DNA of 64,000 nt, from the NCBI GenBank assembly GCA_951406725.2, contig OX597828.1, positions 55,862,001 through 55,926,000 of the forward strand. The letters run 5' to 3'. The position numbers and the translations under genes are program-made. How positions within the stretch are numbered: position 1 is the stretch's first letter; every line of letters starts with the position of its first letter. This stretch comes from Octopus vulgaris (lineage: Eukaryota). The notes under the pieces are model-generated. The model did not search any database and was not told the DNA's origin. It was given only the letters and a program-made list of their open reading frames with translations. This document shows positions 39,927-53,898 of the stretch, piece by piece.

Positions 39927-40375
39927 TATAAATGAATAATAAACGTTGAAAGAACAGCATGTTTTGAAATGACGAACTATAAGTGATTATCCAAACAAAA
40001 CTTGAACTGAAGATAGTTCGCGTCTCACTTAACGAAAAACTCTACATCATACAGCGAAGAACAAAATACTTTATACAATTAAAACGAAGGATATTAAGGT
40101 AAAGATCCTGAAAAAACTGCACCAGTATTATAGTAGGGCTCCAATTGCAACGGTTACTAATTAGTGCAGTTGAAACGTGTAGGTCTATGTGAAGCTGTAT
40201 ATCACTCGTGAATTTCCTCACACAAAACATGGACAAAATTTCTTCTTACGAAAAAATATATATTCAAATAAGTAACACATAATATCATGAATAGCGATAG
40301 CGAAACTGGTCGATATATTAAAAATTATATTATAACAATGTAAGTGTGCGTATTTTCCTTTTTAATTTCTTATAC

Positions 40376-40444
<69 letters not shown>

Positions 40445-40636
40445 TGTAATGCTATGCCACATTGTAATAATCATTATTATTATTATAGTTGATATGTGTG
40501 TGTGTGTGTGTATAAATGTCATATTATGATACGCTACAATAATATGCTGCTAAACAGATTAAACTATTTTAGGTTTTGTGTTTAATTCTATGAGAGACTT
40601 GTTTTTCTAACTTCATTATTTTTTTACACGTTGCAG

Positions 40637-40747
40637 GTTTCGGAATGGAAGCCGTATTCCTATTAGGTGTTGGCTATACTGCTGACAGAGTTACTGCAAT
40701 TATATGTCTCACATTAGCAGTTGGCTTCAGTGGATTTGCTATATCAG
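40637..40747 (+). CDS. VGLUT: VGLUT coding exon (111 bp)
   Basis: ttgcag|GT...TCA G|gtaatc; (G)[36 protein letters not shown](G); absent from the ORF track because it is short; phase 1/1. Confidence 0.96.
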
Positions 40748-41017
40748 GTAATCATTTTACACTTATTACTACACTTATTAAATATTGTTGTTGTTCACTG
40801 TGAATGGTGACATTTTACGGACCCCTCCATGTTAAAAATATTTTGTTCCATGATTACTTTAAGAAAAAAAGTCTGAAAAGGAACATTTGAATATTTACAT
40901 CGTTGTCAGGGGTAAAAGAAAATGAAAAGATTTGTTTAGAATTTTGCTACATGTTCTAGAATTTTACTAGATTTTCTTTAAAAAAATACTGTTTGTAATA
41001 TTTATTTATACGTAAGA

Positions 41018-41455
41018 AGGCGGTGAGTTGGCGGAGCCTTTAGCACGCCTAGCAAAATGCTTATCGGTATTTCGATCATTTAAGGTGGCGAGCTGGCAGA
41101 AACGTTAGCACGCCGGGCGAAATGCTTTGCGGTATTTCGTCTGCCGTTACGTTCTGAGTTCAAATTCCGCCGAGCTCCACTTTGCCTTTCATCCTTTCGG
41201 GGTTGATAAATTAAGTACCAGTTACGCACTGGGGTCGATGTAAGCGACTTAATCCGTTTTTCTGTCCTTGTTTGTCCTCTCTGTGTTTAGCCCCTTGTGG
41301 GTAATAATGAAATAGGTACTTCGCTCATTTTTACATTCTGAGTTCAAATTCGCCGAAGTCGACTTTCATTCCATAATCTCTTGGTCGATAAAATGAATAC
41401 CAGTCAAGCACTAGGTTCGCTGTAATCGGCTTACCCCTCCCCCAGCATTGCTGTA
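41018..41455 (+). mobile_element. Nested family-B SINEs (younger copy inside an older one)
   Basis: Old head 41018-41080, near-consensus copy 41083-41315, old tail 41316-41455. Confidence 0.85.
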
Positions 41456-42995
41456 AGTATATAGCGTTTTACTTTGTTTGCTTTATAATTCATTCACTTC
41501 ATTCATTATACATTTAGAGTTCGAATCTTAATTAGTTTCCCTTTTTACGTTTTTCCTGTCTATTTTAATATCTTTCTACCACTTTCTTCCATCCTCTCGT
41601 TCCTTCTTTAACATTTTTTTCATACTTACCATTCGGAATTTCATATTCTATATATATGTCTCTATCTGTGTATATGTATGGACATATGTGTATGTATACA
41701 TATGTATTTAGCGTCCATTACCGTTTTTACACGCTTTCTTTTCTAGACTTTAATCCCCTGCGTCTTATATTGACTTGTCATTCAAATTGCAACTTCAGGA
41801 CAGAAACTTCCTTAAAGACTATCCGTTTTGTGTCAAACCATCAGCTCTGCTGTTACGAAGATATTCTAAATTCGAACATATCTTGAGAATTACAGTTTGA
41901 CGTAGTAAAGAAAACCAAAAGAAAAACACAAAAAAAAAACAATAACAAAAGCGTACATTAAAGTTGACTATTTACGACTGTAATTCGTTATGCGAAGAAA
42001 CACATGTCAAAGCGTAAATATCTAAGCTACAGTTCGTCGCGTGTGTTGTAAGTCCTATGATATATAAAACTTTGTGTCCATATATCCTATGTTGAACATT
42101 AAGTACTATCTTAATTTCAAATCAAGTTTGTTTCCATAGCATTTTTGCCATTGCTGTGAATCAAATAGCTACCGATTTTTACCACCTTTCTGTTTCTTGG
42201 GTCGTTGTATTCGCTATAGAATTAGTTCGCAATAGATTTCAATGTTTGTCTAAATTCTCTGCGATAGTTTGATTGGGCTCGGAAATCTTAGTTGCACTTA
42301 TTTTCCTCCCCAGGATATGGCTTCACTTCTCACTCTCCTCGGTGACTAAACTAGCCCAGCAGCGTTTGCTCTGGTTGGCGTGTATTGAATTATATCTTTG
42401 CCAGTAATTAGGTTTCTATCCGCCTGTCATTTAATTGGTCTTGACCTGATACATCACCCTGCCGACCACAAACAGACGAACATGATCTTGTATGGTTATG
42501 CATTCAAAGCTACCTCACTTACTAATCCATTAGGGGTGCTCCCATGTATCATAACGTTTAAATGGCCTCACTTCTATGCTTTAGCCTCAGCTGGTAAACA
42601 TAATACGATGCATCACTTACTATCATCTCTTAGTCATAGACCAATTCCATATCCTCGATTTTAGGCTGCAATCATCATAACAGACACACTGGTTATATCC
42701 CTGGCCATGCTTTTGTACATAAAGGTTGGGTCCGGCATAATTGATCGCATTAATATCATCAGTGTTAGAACCTCTGTAACTGATCAACTGTTCTCTGACA
42801 TACACTCGCACTAATAGACATACACTCGCTCTCTCATTCACACTCGATGAGCTTCGGCACAGTTTCCATAGTTTCTATATTTACTCATAAGACATTGGTC
42901 AGCCTCTTGTCCAAGGTGCCGAGGGGCAGTAGCGGCTGAAGCCCGAACCATGTGGTTGAAAAGAGAATTCCTTAACCACAGTCTGTGCCTAGTCA

Positions 42996-43033
42996 TGATC
43001 TTTCTTTCTTTTTTCTTTCTTTCTCCCTTTTTT

Positions 43034-43088
<55 letters not shown>

Positions 43089-43564
43089 ATCTTTCTTTCT
43101 TTCCTTCTATTTCCCTTCACTCTTTCCTTCTTCGTTCCTTTCCTTCCTTCCCGTTCTTCATTCTTTTTTCCTTCCGATTTTTCTTCGGTTCTGTCTTTCT
43201 TTCTTTCTCTTTTTCTATCTTTCTTCCGCTCTATTTCCTTCCTTCCCTATTTCATTCATCTATTCTTTCTTTCATTTTTTCCTTCTGTCCTTCCTTCCTT
43301 TCTTCCATCCATCCATCCATCTATCCATCCATCCTTCCCTCTTGCCTTCCTTTTCTTTCTTCCTTCCTTCCTTCCTTCCTTCATTCTTTCCTTCATTCAA
43401 TATCTATCATTCATTGCCACGAAATGTTACTTCCTTCGGTTGTCAACATTGGTATTTAGGATTCTGATCACGTGCCATAAAAGGTTGCAAAGAGCGAAAT
43501 GTAACCGGAATGTCAACATGATTACTTAGCACGGTTTATAACGTCTTCTTCTCCTTCTTCTTCT

Positions 43565-43611
<47 letters not shown>

Positions 43612-44530
43612 TTCTTCTTTTTCTTTTTCTTCTTCTTCTTCTTCTTCTTCTTCTTCTTCTCCTCCTCCTCCTTTTTCCCCCATTCCTCCCCAGTTCTTCT
43701 TCTTCTTCTTTTTCTTTTTCTTCTTCTTTTTCTTCTTCTTCTTCTTTTTCTTCTTCTTTTTCTTCTTCTTCTTCTTCTTCTTCTTCTCCTCTTCCTTTTC
43801 CCCCCATTCCTCCCCAGTTCTTCTTCTTCTTCTTCTTCTTCTTCTTCTTCTTCTTCTTCTTTTTCTTCTTCTTTTTCTTCCTCTTCTTCTCCTTCTTCTT
43901 TTTCTTTTTTCTTCTTCTTCTTCTTCTTTTTCTTCTTCTCTTCTCCTCCTCCTCCTTTTTCCCCCATTCCTTCCCAGTTCTTCTTCTTCTTCTTCTTCTT
44001 TTTTTCTTTTTCTTCTTTTTCTTTTTCTTCTTCTTCTTCTTCTTCTTCTTCTTCTTCTTCTTCTTCTTCTTCTTCTTCTTCTTCTTCTTCTTCTTCTCCT
44101 CTTCCTTTTCCCCCCATTCCTCCCCAGTTCTTCTTCTTCTTTTTCTTCTTCTTCTTCTTCTTCTTCTTCTTCTTTTTCTTCTTCTTCTTCTTCTTCTTCT
44201 TCTTCTTCTTTTTCTTCTCTTCTCCTCCTTCTTCTTCTTCTTTTTCTTCTTCTTTTTCTTCCTCTTCTTCTCCTTCTTCTTTTTCTTTTTTCTTCTTCTT
44301 CTTCTTCTTCTTCTCTTCTCCTCCTCCTCCTTTTTCCCCCATTCCTTCCCAGTTCTTCTTCTTCTTCTTCTTCTTTTTTTCTTTTTCTTCTTTTTCTTTT
44401 TCTTCTTCTTCTTCTTCTTCTTTTTCTACTTTTTCTTTTTCTTCTTCTTCTTCTTCTTCTTCTTCTTCTTCTCCTCTTCCTTTTCCCCCCATTCCTCCCC
44501 AGTTCTTCTTCTTCTTCTTCTTCTTCTTGC
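42996..44530. repeat. Polypyrimidine region: (TTTC/TTCC)n then complex (CTT)n with higher-order units
   Basis: Direct read; source of the poly-E/K/R ORFs. Confidence 0.9.
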
Positions 44531-45494
44531 TGCTGCTACCCTTATTATTGCTCTTACCATCATTAGTAATGTTTCTCATCGATCTCCAAGTCCCTGCATT
44601 GTTGTTATTGGCACTATTCTTTCAATATTACATTTTAAAGTCTAAATGTTAACTTTCCCTTCCAATCGATCGCTGCCGAGAAATCGAACGTCTCTATCTC
44701 TTCTTCATAATTTCATTCTCTCTCTCTCTCCCTCTCTCACCCCTCTCCCTCTCTCTCACCGTCTCCGTCTTTCTCGCTCTCTCCGCCCTCTCACTCTCTC
44801 ACTTTTAAGAAAAGTATCGGAGACTATTGAAAAGGTCAATTGATTCGGATTTTTTCTTACAAGAAATCATAAAACAAACCAAAATCACCCGTTTTGTATG
44901 TCTATTAGTATCATTATTGATTATTTTCGCTTTATCTATAGCGTACATAAAAATATTCAGATTTTCAAGCAAAAGTGGTGTGGGAGAGATTTTCGAATGA
45001 TTGACATCCATGGTTTGAAAAAAGGCAGAACAAAAAATCATTAACATATCGCTGCAAGTGTCTTTGTGGTTTTTTCCCAGTCACTTTGTTCCGGGTTCAG
45101 TCACACTATAGAAACTTGGACAAGTGTCTTTTACTGTAGCCCGAGGCCGACCAAATCTTTAAGAGTCGATTTGGTAGGCCGACAGTGTAAGCAGCCCGTC
45201 GTATGTATGCTAGAAAATTAAAATAGGTATGATTATAATTCGGTAAATTCCTCTAGCCAATAGTGTACTGAGTCAGGATTGACGTGCTACTGGGCAACAA
45301 TAATAACAAAATATAATTATAAACCATCCTACTCTCAGAGATGGAGAATGCAAAAGACAGATACTGCTGAGATGGCGGATGCAAAAACCTTCTAAAACAC
45401 ACAGTGGAAGTATAACAAAATATAAATAATATTGGTACTTTTATTGATAATTTTATAATTCTATATCATTAATACTATTTTTTTATTTTGCCAG

Positions 45495-45622
45495 GTTTTA
45501 ACGTCAACCATCTTGATATCGCACCTCGTTACGCTAGTATACTCATGGGTTTGTCAAACGGTGTTGGAACATTATCTGGCATGTTATGTCCTCCAATTAC
45601 TGAGATGTTAACTAAAATACCG
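45495..45622 (+). CDS. VGLUT: VGLUT coding exon (128 bp)
   Basis: tgccag|GT...CCG|gtatgt; (G)[42 protein letters not shown] ([10 protein letters not shown] signature); phase 1/0. Confidence 0.97.
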
Positions 45623-45781
45623 GTATGTACATTCGTTTCTTTCTTTGCTTAACGTTCTGGAATACTTCTGGTGTGCTGATGTTGTAGTTATTAATGATGA
45701 TGATGACGACGATGATGATGATAGTGGTGGAGTTGGTGATGTTGGTTGTGTTGGTGATTATATTATGAACAACTGATATTC

Positions 45782-46097
45782 TTCTTCTTGTTCTTCTTAA
45801 TCCTTTTTGCCCCTTGTGGATCAGTGGGCCTCAACAAGAGGTTTCCTTGGCGTATAGGTTCCACACCTGGACGGGACACCGGTCCGTCGCAGGTGAGCTG
45901 CAAGATGCAGGAGGAAAGAGTGAGAGAAAGTTGTGGCGAAAGTGTCAGCATAAGTTCGTCATTACCTTCTGCCGGAGCCGCGTGGAGCTTAGGTGTTTTC
46001 GCTCAAAAATGCAGACACATCCCACGGTCTGAGATTCAAACCCGTGATCCTTCGACCGCGAGTCCGCTGCTCTGACCACTAGGCCATGTGCCTCCAC
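45782..46097 (-). mobile_element. Family-A SINE, minus strand
   Basis: Reverse complement ggaggcacatggcctagtggtcagagcagcggactcgcggtc...; TSD atga(a/t)caactgatat (45765-45779 / 46098-46112). Confidence 0.9.
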
Positions 46098-46504
46098 ATG
46101 ATCAACTGATATAGTGTATGATAATTAATAATTCTTCGAAATTCGAAAATAAGTTTGGTATTGCTGATGATGTACCCTTCATTTAAGCCAGTGACAGTGT
46201 GTTCAGCAAAATTTAATGGATATTTCTTGGGGATACCACGTTGTGTATTATTTTATTCGGTTTGGGATGTAATTGTGTGAAATATATGATTGTTACTTAT
46301 AATTCGATTGTGAATATATCAAGTTTGTTTTTCAGTATGTCATGTTATTAATAGGTCGTGATAAAATATAAATTGTATGAATTATGCAGAGAATATACCC
46401 TATGAGTTGTGGTACTGACACGAACATATTTGTATGGGGTAGACTGTGCCTTGGAGAGAGATTTTCTTGGAGGTGGAAAACCTGATGTGGATTTTGAAGA
46501 TTTT

Positions 46505-46922
46505 ACTCTTTTCCTTTATTCTTTTACTTGTTTAAGTCATTTGACTGCGGCCATGCTGGAGTAATACCTTTAGTCGAGGAAATCGACCCCAGGACTTATT
46601 CTTTGAAAGCCTAGTACTTATTCTATCGGTGTATTTTGCCGAACCGCTAAGTTACGGGGACGTAAACGCACCAGCATCGGTTGTCACGCGATGTTGGGGG
46701 ACAAACACTGACACACAAACATACACACACATGTATATATAATATACATATGTACCACAGGCTTCTTTCAGTTTCCGTCAACCAAATCCACTCACAAGGC
46801 TTTGGTCGGCCAAGAGGCTATAGCAGAAGACACTTGCCCTAGGTGCCACGGAGTGGGACTGAACGCGGAACCATGTGGTTGGTAAGCCAAGCTACTTACC
46901 ACACAGCCACTCCTGCGCCTAT
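46505..46922 (-). mobile_element. Family-C SINE, near full length, minus strand
   Basis: Reverse complement of aggcgcaggagtggctgtgtggtaag...gaaactgaaagaagcc...catggccgcagtcaaatgact. Confidence 0.9.
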
Positions 46923-47099
46923 TTTGTTCATAATTTTTATAACTCCGAGGTCGTTACAGTAATTTTACCACTAAGATACTTCTACTTAGGGTTGATGATG
47001 TTGTGATTGGAGTTGATCTTGTTGATGGTGATGATGCTTTGTTAATATTCCCCTTCTTAGATACTGTAACTTAATTATGTGTTTCTTATTGAATTGCAG

Positions 47100-47381
47100 G
47101 ATGTTAGCAGTTGGGAACACGTGTTTCTCATCGCAAGTATGGTACATTTCGGTGGTGTTATATTCTACGCTATATTTGCATCAGGAGAATTACAACCGTG
47201 GGCTGAACCACCACCTGAAGACGAATGGAAACCAGAGGATACATTGAAAGGAGATTCCTATGACAAAATGCCGGATTATGGAACTGTTAACGAAAATGGA
47301 CCGGTGTATGAAACGAAGGAAGAGATGGTTCAGAGATATGCAAGACAACCTTCAGATGATTCGGAACAAGAAAATTATTGA
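47100..47381 (+). CDS. VGLUT: VGLUT terminal coding exon (TM12 and cytoplasmic tail, stop TGA)
   Basis: ttgcag|GAT; [37 protein letters not shown]...SEQENY*; all seven exons join in frame. Confidence 0.96.
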   Translation, partial: DVSSWEHVFLIASMVHFGGVIFYAIFASGELQPWAEPPPEDEWKPEDTLKGDSYDKMPDYGTVNENGPVYETKEEMVQRYARQPSDDSEQENY

Positions 47382-47576
47382 TATCTCAGAATTTTATCGA
47401 ATTCTTTTTTGATTTTGTTTACAAAGATTTTCCCCAAATTTGTTGAATTTTATTTAATTTTTGTTTAAATTTGCTACTGAGAAAAGGCAACAATATGTAC
47501 TCGTTTATATACATACATGCACACTCATGTAACGACAATTGCTACACTGTATGTGAGAACACGCTAGCATGTATAT

Positions 47577-47628
<52 letters not shown>

Positions 47629-48072
47629 CCATATATATATATACATACATACCTATATATGTAATATATGATATATATATACACATCTGTATAAATAATA
47701 TGATATATATATATATATGTATATACGTGAATATATATACTTATGTATATATATACATATATTTATAAAACTATACATACATAATTCTACATAAATGTAC
47801 ATGTAGAGGCATCTAGGTATATATGTGTAAATGTATATGTATGTATGCATGACTAGAGACCTGTATATATACATATGTATATATGAATGTACAAATGTAA
47901 GTGCACATATCATATTTGCAATTACACAATCTATGCATAATGTATATAATGTATGCATGAATATGAATATATACAATAGTAAATATAAATATATATGTGT
48001 GTGTGTTTGTATGTATACGTATATACATGTATATACGCATCCATATGTATACATACATAGATATATATATAT

Positions 48073-48127
<55 letters not shown>

Positions 48128-49111
48128 TTCCCAGAGAGAGAGAGAGAGAGAGGGAGAGAAAGGGGAGAAGGTGAGAAAATATGACGGAAGGAGAGAAAGG
48201 GACACACAAATGTATATGATATATATAATGTTGCTGGTGTACAATGTTCTATGAGTGTATATAAATCTGCCATGCTGTGTGTATGTATATCAGAGGAACT
48301 ATATTACATAATGCCTTATGATCTACAAGTTTATTATTGGTGCCATCGTAAAATGAAAAAAAAGAACAAAAATAACAAAACAGATGAGTTACAAAAATGA
48401 AGAAAAAAATCTTAAAAAAAACAAGCCAAAACAAAACATCATTGTTTCTTCTTGACAGTGCTGCTGCTGCTGTTCTCGTTGTTGATGTTGTTGATGTTGT
48501 TATAATTGGTTATAATTTCGCTAATGAAATGTAGGTGATGATAGTCTTGATGATGGTGATGATGATGATGATGATGATGATGATGTTGTTGGAGGTGGTC
48601 ATGACGACGATGATGATGATGATGATGATGGCAGTGGTGACGATGACGACGACAATGGTGTTAATGATGTCGTTGATTATGATGATAATGATGATGATGA
48701 TGATGAAGATGAAGATGATGCGGCCAATAATGGCTGAGGATGGTGTATATATCATAATACTGATGACGTTACTAGATGTGTCGTTGATTGCTATGATAAG
48801 AGTGAGAGTGAGCAGGACCGTCTTGTTGTATAGACCGAGATGGAGCAGAGGAGCGTAAATTGAAAAAATAATGATGATGACGACGACGACGACGATGATG
48901 ATGATGACGATGACGATGGTGATGTTGACGGTGGTCGTGGAAGTGGTAATAGTGAAGATAAATTCGATGAAAGCCATGAACCCTCTCATCTCATTATTCC
49001 TATAATGATTGTCACTATGCGGTAGATGATAGAACGTATTTTAAAATTTTATTACATACTAATATGGAGAATAGTTGGCAAAATGATAATGATGTCGTTG
49101 ATGATGAAAAA

Positions 49112-49157
<46 letters not shown>

Positions 49158-49159
49158 TA

Positions 49160-49356
49160 GGCGCCGAGCTTGCAGACTTTTTAGCACGCTGGACACAATG
49201 CTTAGAGGCGTTTCGTCTGTCTTCACTTTCTGAGTTCTAACTCCTCCGAGGTCGAAAAATAAAATAAAGCTCCAGTGAAGTCGAAGTAATCGATTCTTCC
49301 CTCCCCGAAAATTTCAGGCCTTGTAACTACAGAAGAAAAGATTATTATTATTATTA

Positions 49357-49420
<64 letters not shown>

Positions 49421-49443
49421 GATTATGATTATTATTATTATTA

Positions 49444-49489
<46 letters not shown>

Positions 49490-50022
49490 TATTATTATGA
49501 TTATTATTGAGCAGAATAATATTCGTTTCATTTATATAATAATTATCATTATTTATATTGTCATTTATTATTAAAGGCGGCGTAAGGCTGCGACATCACA
49601 GGGTCGATCAGACGCCGGACAAACTGTTTAGTGACATTTCGTCTGTTTTTAAGTTCTGAATTAAAATTCATTCGAGCCCGGCCTTGGCTTCCCTTCTGTC
49701 GGGTGATGGGGGTAATCAAATAAGGAGCAGCTAAGCACTGGAGTCGACTCATTCAACAACGCCATACCCCAAAATTTCAGGGCCTGGTGCCTAATATAGA
49801 AACGATGAGCATCCAAGAGTGTTAACATGGCATATACAATTCTTAGCAGCATCTCATCCGTCTCTTTACATTCCGAGTTCGAATTCCACCAAGGTCGAAT
49901 TTGCCTTTGAAGTTTTTGGTGGGGCTGATAAAATAATACCAATCAAGTACTGGAGTCGATGTGATCAATTTATCAAGCCCACTTCTCGTATAGCTGGCCT
50001 TGTGCCAAATTTGAAACCATTA
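49160..50022 (+). mobile_element. Cluster of three degraded family-B SINEs among (ATT)n tracts
   Basis: Heads or bodies at about 49160, 49575 and 49810. Confidence 0.7.
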
Positions 50023-50044
50023 TTGTTAAAAGAAAATTATTATA

Positions 50045-50111
<67 letters not shown>

Positions 50112-50151
50112 TAATAATAATAATAATAATAATTATTATTATTATTATTAA

Positions 50152-50187
<36 letters not shown>

Positions 50188-50993
50188 TACTACTATTATT
50201 GTTGTTGTTGTTTTTAGTTTTATTATTTAGTAAACACAAAATGGCGCAATATAAGTATTTTGTAAAATTAGTGTTCATGACAATATAACCACAACGATAA
50301 TAAGAGTGACGAAATGGCAAACACAAGCGACAAGCATGTACAAAAATATTACAACGATAGCAACAGATGGAACCATTATAATATCTATGAGGACGTTGAT
50401 AATGATATTCAAAAAAGAAGCGAGCTGAGAATCGAGCATATTTTTGAGATTAGGTTATAAACATTTAAAAAAAATTATTTCCGTAATTTCAAATTGTTCA
50501 TCAAATCATTTTTTATTGTTCAATCAAAATGTATTAGCTTGTGTTTAGGTGTGTGCATTTTACGCATGCGTTTCTTTGTATACATAGATACATGTATTAA
50601 CCATATATATATATATATATATATATAAGGATAAGATCGTTAATTTAAAAATAAAATAACGATTTCATCAAGTGGTCAGCATGGAATAAATATCCTTCAA
50701 AGGTAATAATTATTAAAATTATGAATTAGGGTATCTACGAGATACCACCATGCTGAAAATAGCAACCATGATCTGATTTAAAACTACCTAAAATGTCCAT
50801 ATATCAACACGGAGAGAAAACAAAGAGACAAGATGAAGCTAGTAAAATTATCCAGTAATTTTTTACTGGTTTCATCTTGTCTTTATATATATATATATAA
50901 TATATATAAATATATTTATATATACACATATACATGTGAGTGTATGACTATGTTTATATATATTTATTTACACATATTCACATATAGTTCCAG

Positions 50994-51034
<41 letters not shown>

Positions 51035-51588
51035 TAAAATATGGGTTAGTATGTACGTCTCCATCTTTATGTCAATCTTGTTGTTTATGTGTCCCTGTAT
51101 CTCTTTGTATTTATATATCTATCTATGATTGTGAATGCTTGGAATGTAGTTTAATATCTCAGGGGCCTATAGGTATATCGTTCGTTTAAGTGAAGTATAC
51201 CCTTATACATACAATACATACATGCATACAAACATACGTATATATATGCGTGTGAGCGTGTGTGTGCTTGTGCGTGCATTTGTGTGTTTATCAGATACAA
51301 TTTATCAAACTTTTTATTTCCTATCAATTGTGATTTCGTGTCACAGAGTAATAAACGAAGCTACAGACGAAGTAACTAATTTTGGTGCTGTGCTATTTTG
51401 ATGTAGAGTCATTCCATTTTTTCCCGTTTTATTTTATATTCTTGGAATTCTCCTTCGTCGTTATTTGTTGCGCCCTCTGACGCAGAATTCTCGCGGAAAT
51501 ACTCATTTCATTTTCGTCTTGCAAATACTAACCATTGTCGCAGCATTTTCATCAAATATTTGATGGAAGAAAGATAGGCAGCATATGT

Positions 51589-51661
<73 letters not shown>

Positions 51662-51685
51662 CATACATATATATATATACATACA

Positions 51686-51726
<41 letters not shown>

Positions 51727-51738
51727 ACATATATATAT

Positions 51739-51782
<44 letters not shown>

Positions 51783-51783
51783 G

Positions 51784-51836
<53 letters not shown>

Positions 51837-53591
51837 ATATGTAGATATATATATATATATACTTATATTATATATGTACATATATATTTATATACACACA
51901 CGCACATATATACACCTCCATATACATATATATGTATATGAATAAATATATGTGTGTATATGTTGGTGTTTGTGTGCATGGTATGTGCGTCTGTGTGTGT
52001 GTATGTGTATGTGAGCGCGTGTATTTGTCTGTGTGTGTGTGTATTTCTGTTCCACACAATACTATGTATGTTTTGTTTTCATGTCGACAATCAGGATCTG
52101 ATTGTTTACTGTTTATTTATATACATTGTTTTATCCACGCTTTAAATCGCAGTTGACGGCCATGCATGCACTTACACTTACCTGTATATACTCGGGCAAA
52201 TTTATATATACATATATATATACATTTATATTTATATATAATTTATATATATGTATGCATATATAGTACCCCAGCGTAGCAACAGTCTCACTTACTGAGA
52301 AGCAACAGATGAAATACATATATATGCATGCATATATATATATATATGTGTGCGTGTGTGTGTGTGTGTGTGTTTGTTTATGTATATATACATATATATT
52401 ATGTGTGTGTATACATGTATGTAGGTAACTATTTATATATGTATATAGCTTAAAGTAACTTTATACGCGCTTTCACACTGAGATTGAATTTATCTTTATT
52501 TTTTGCGGCCCTGATAAAAATATATATACCAGTCCAGTACTGTTGTCGATTTGATTACAACATTTCTTTTATGTGATTCATTATTCCCCATGATTCCAAA
52601 ATAGAAATATAATCTTTACAATGACATAAAAAATTCTTTATTATGCTATACTCTTTTTCTTCCTAGGGTTTTTCCTGAGTGCATTAATAATTATCGGCTA
52701 TTTAGGTATTTCTATATCATTTGGGAATGATCGCGTTCTACCGATATGCAATTATCCACAGTTTAATCCATATTTATTTGTAAAATTATGTCCTTTTATT
52801 AGGGATGCATAATATAATTTTGAATTAAAAATGAATCCTAGGAGTGCATGGACCTATAATTGGACAATTTGCACGAGAGTTACAGTTACATTACATGTTC
52901 GATGTTTTTTCAATACAACTCTATAACACCCACCGCAGTACTCAAATTTTCTAAATGGTCTTTTTACCACATTGAGAGAACTTTTCATATCATGATTTCC
53001 TAATGAAATCAGCTCTGTAAACCGCTCTGCAGTCTCCATAACTGAGATGAAATACCATAATTGTTCTGCCTGATTCTCATACAAAGTAAATTTAAAATTG
53101 ATTATGCTCCCTTTATGCTCAGATATAAAATCCAGCCAATATTTAGTTTCCTCTCCGGTACTACGAAGTTTATTAAAAAATAAATAGTAAATATGATGTC
53201 GTTTTAAGTGATGTATAAGTGAAACGTGATTGAGATTCTTACGGCATCTGACAGTTGGAACTAAAATGGCTTCTTGCCGCATATTCTGCAACTATACAAA
53301 ATATTAATTAATAATTTAGCAAGTGATTAAAATTTTTGCTAGAGACATATTCCATGATGTCCACATTAGAGATTTAAATTGTATCCGATACACATATTTC
53401 GAGTCTTGACGGAATCGAATTTTGCTGTTTTATGAGGAATCAATAATAACAATTAAAAACAAGTATTACATTTTACCTCATGCATTGTAAATTCAAACTG
53501 ACGAACTACAATATGACGGTTCCAGATATTATAGATATCTTTAGCATAATACTTGTACCCCTCTCTCGCTCCCCCATTATCCCCTCTCTCT

Positions 53592-53670
<79 letters not shown>

Positions 53671-53898
53671 ATTTATCTTTCTGTGTACTTAATTTTGTGT
53701 ATATGTATATATACATGTGTGTGTGTGTATTTTTGTCAGTAGTTTCAACTCAGAGCTGTGGCCATGCTGATGCACCGCCATTTTGCTGCACTGTTATTAC
53801 TGAGAGCCTCCCCTAATATGTGACACAGCAGAATATGCTTCAACACACGAACTCACATAAAGAATCTTGCAAACCAAATCTCAAAATGAAATATATAT

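Noticed and set aside
43536-44579. 347-aa E/K-rich ORF
   Set aside because: Translation of the (GAA)n satellite; no coding signal.
47382-50500. VGLUT 3' UTR end / poly(A) signal
   Set aside because: AATAAA-like hexamers here fall in repeats; the end cannot be assigned without transcript data.
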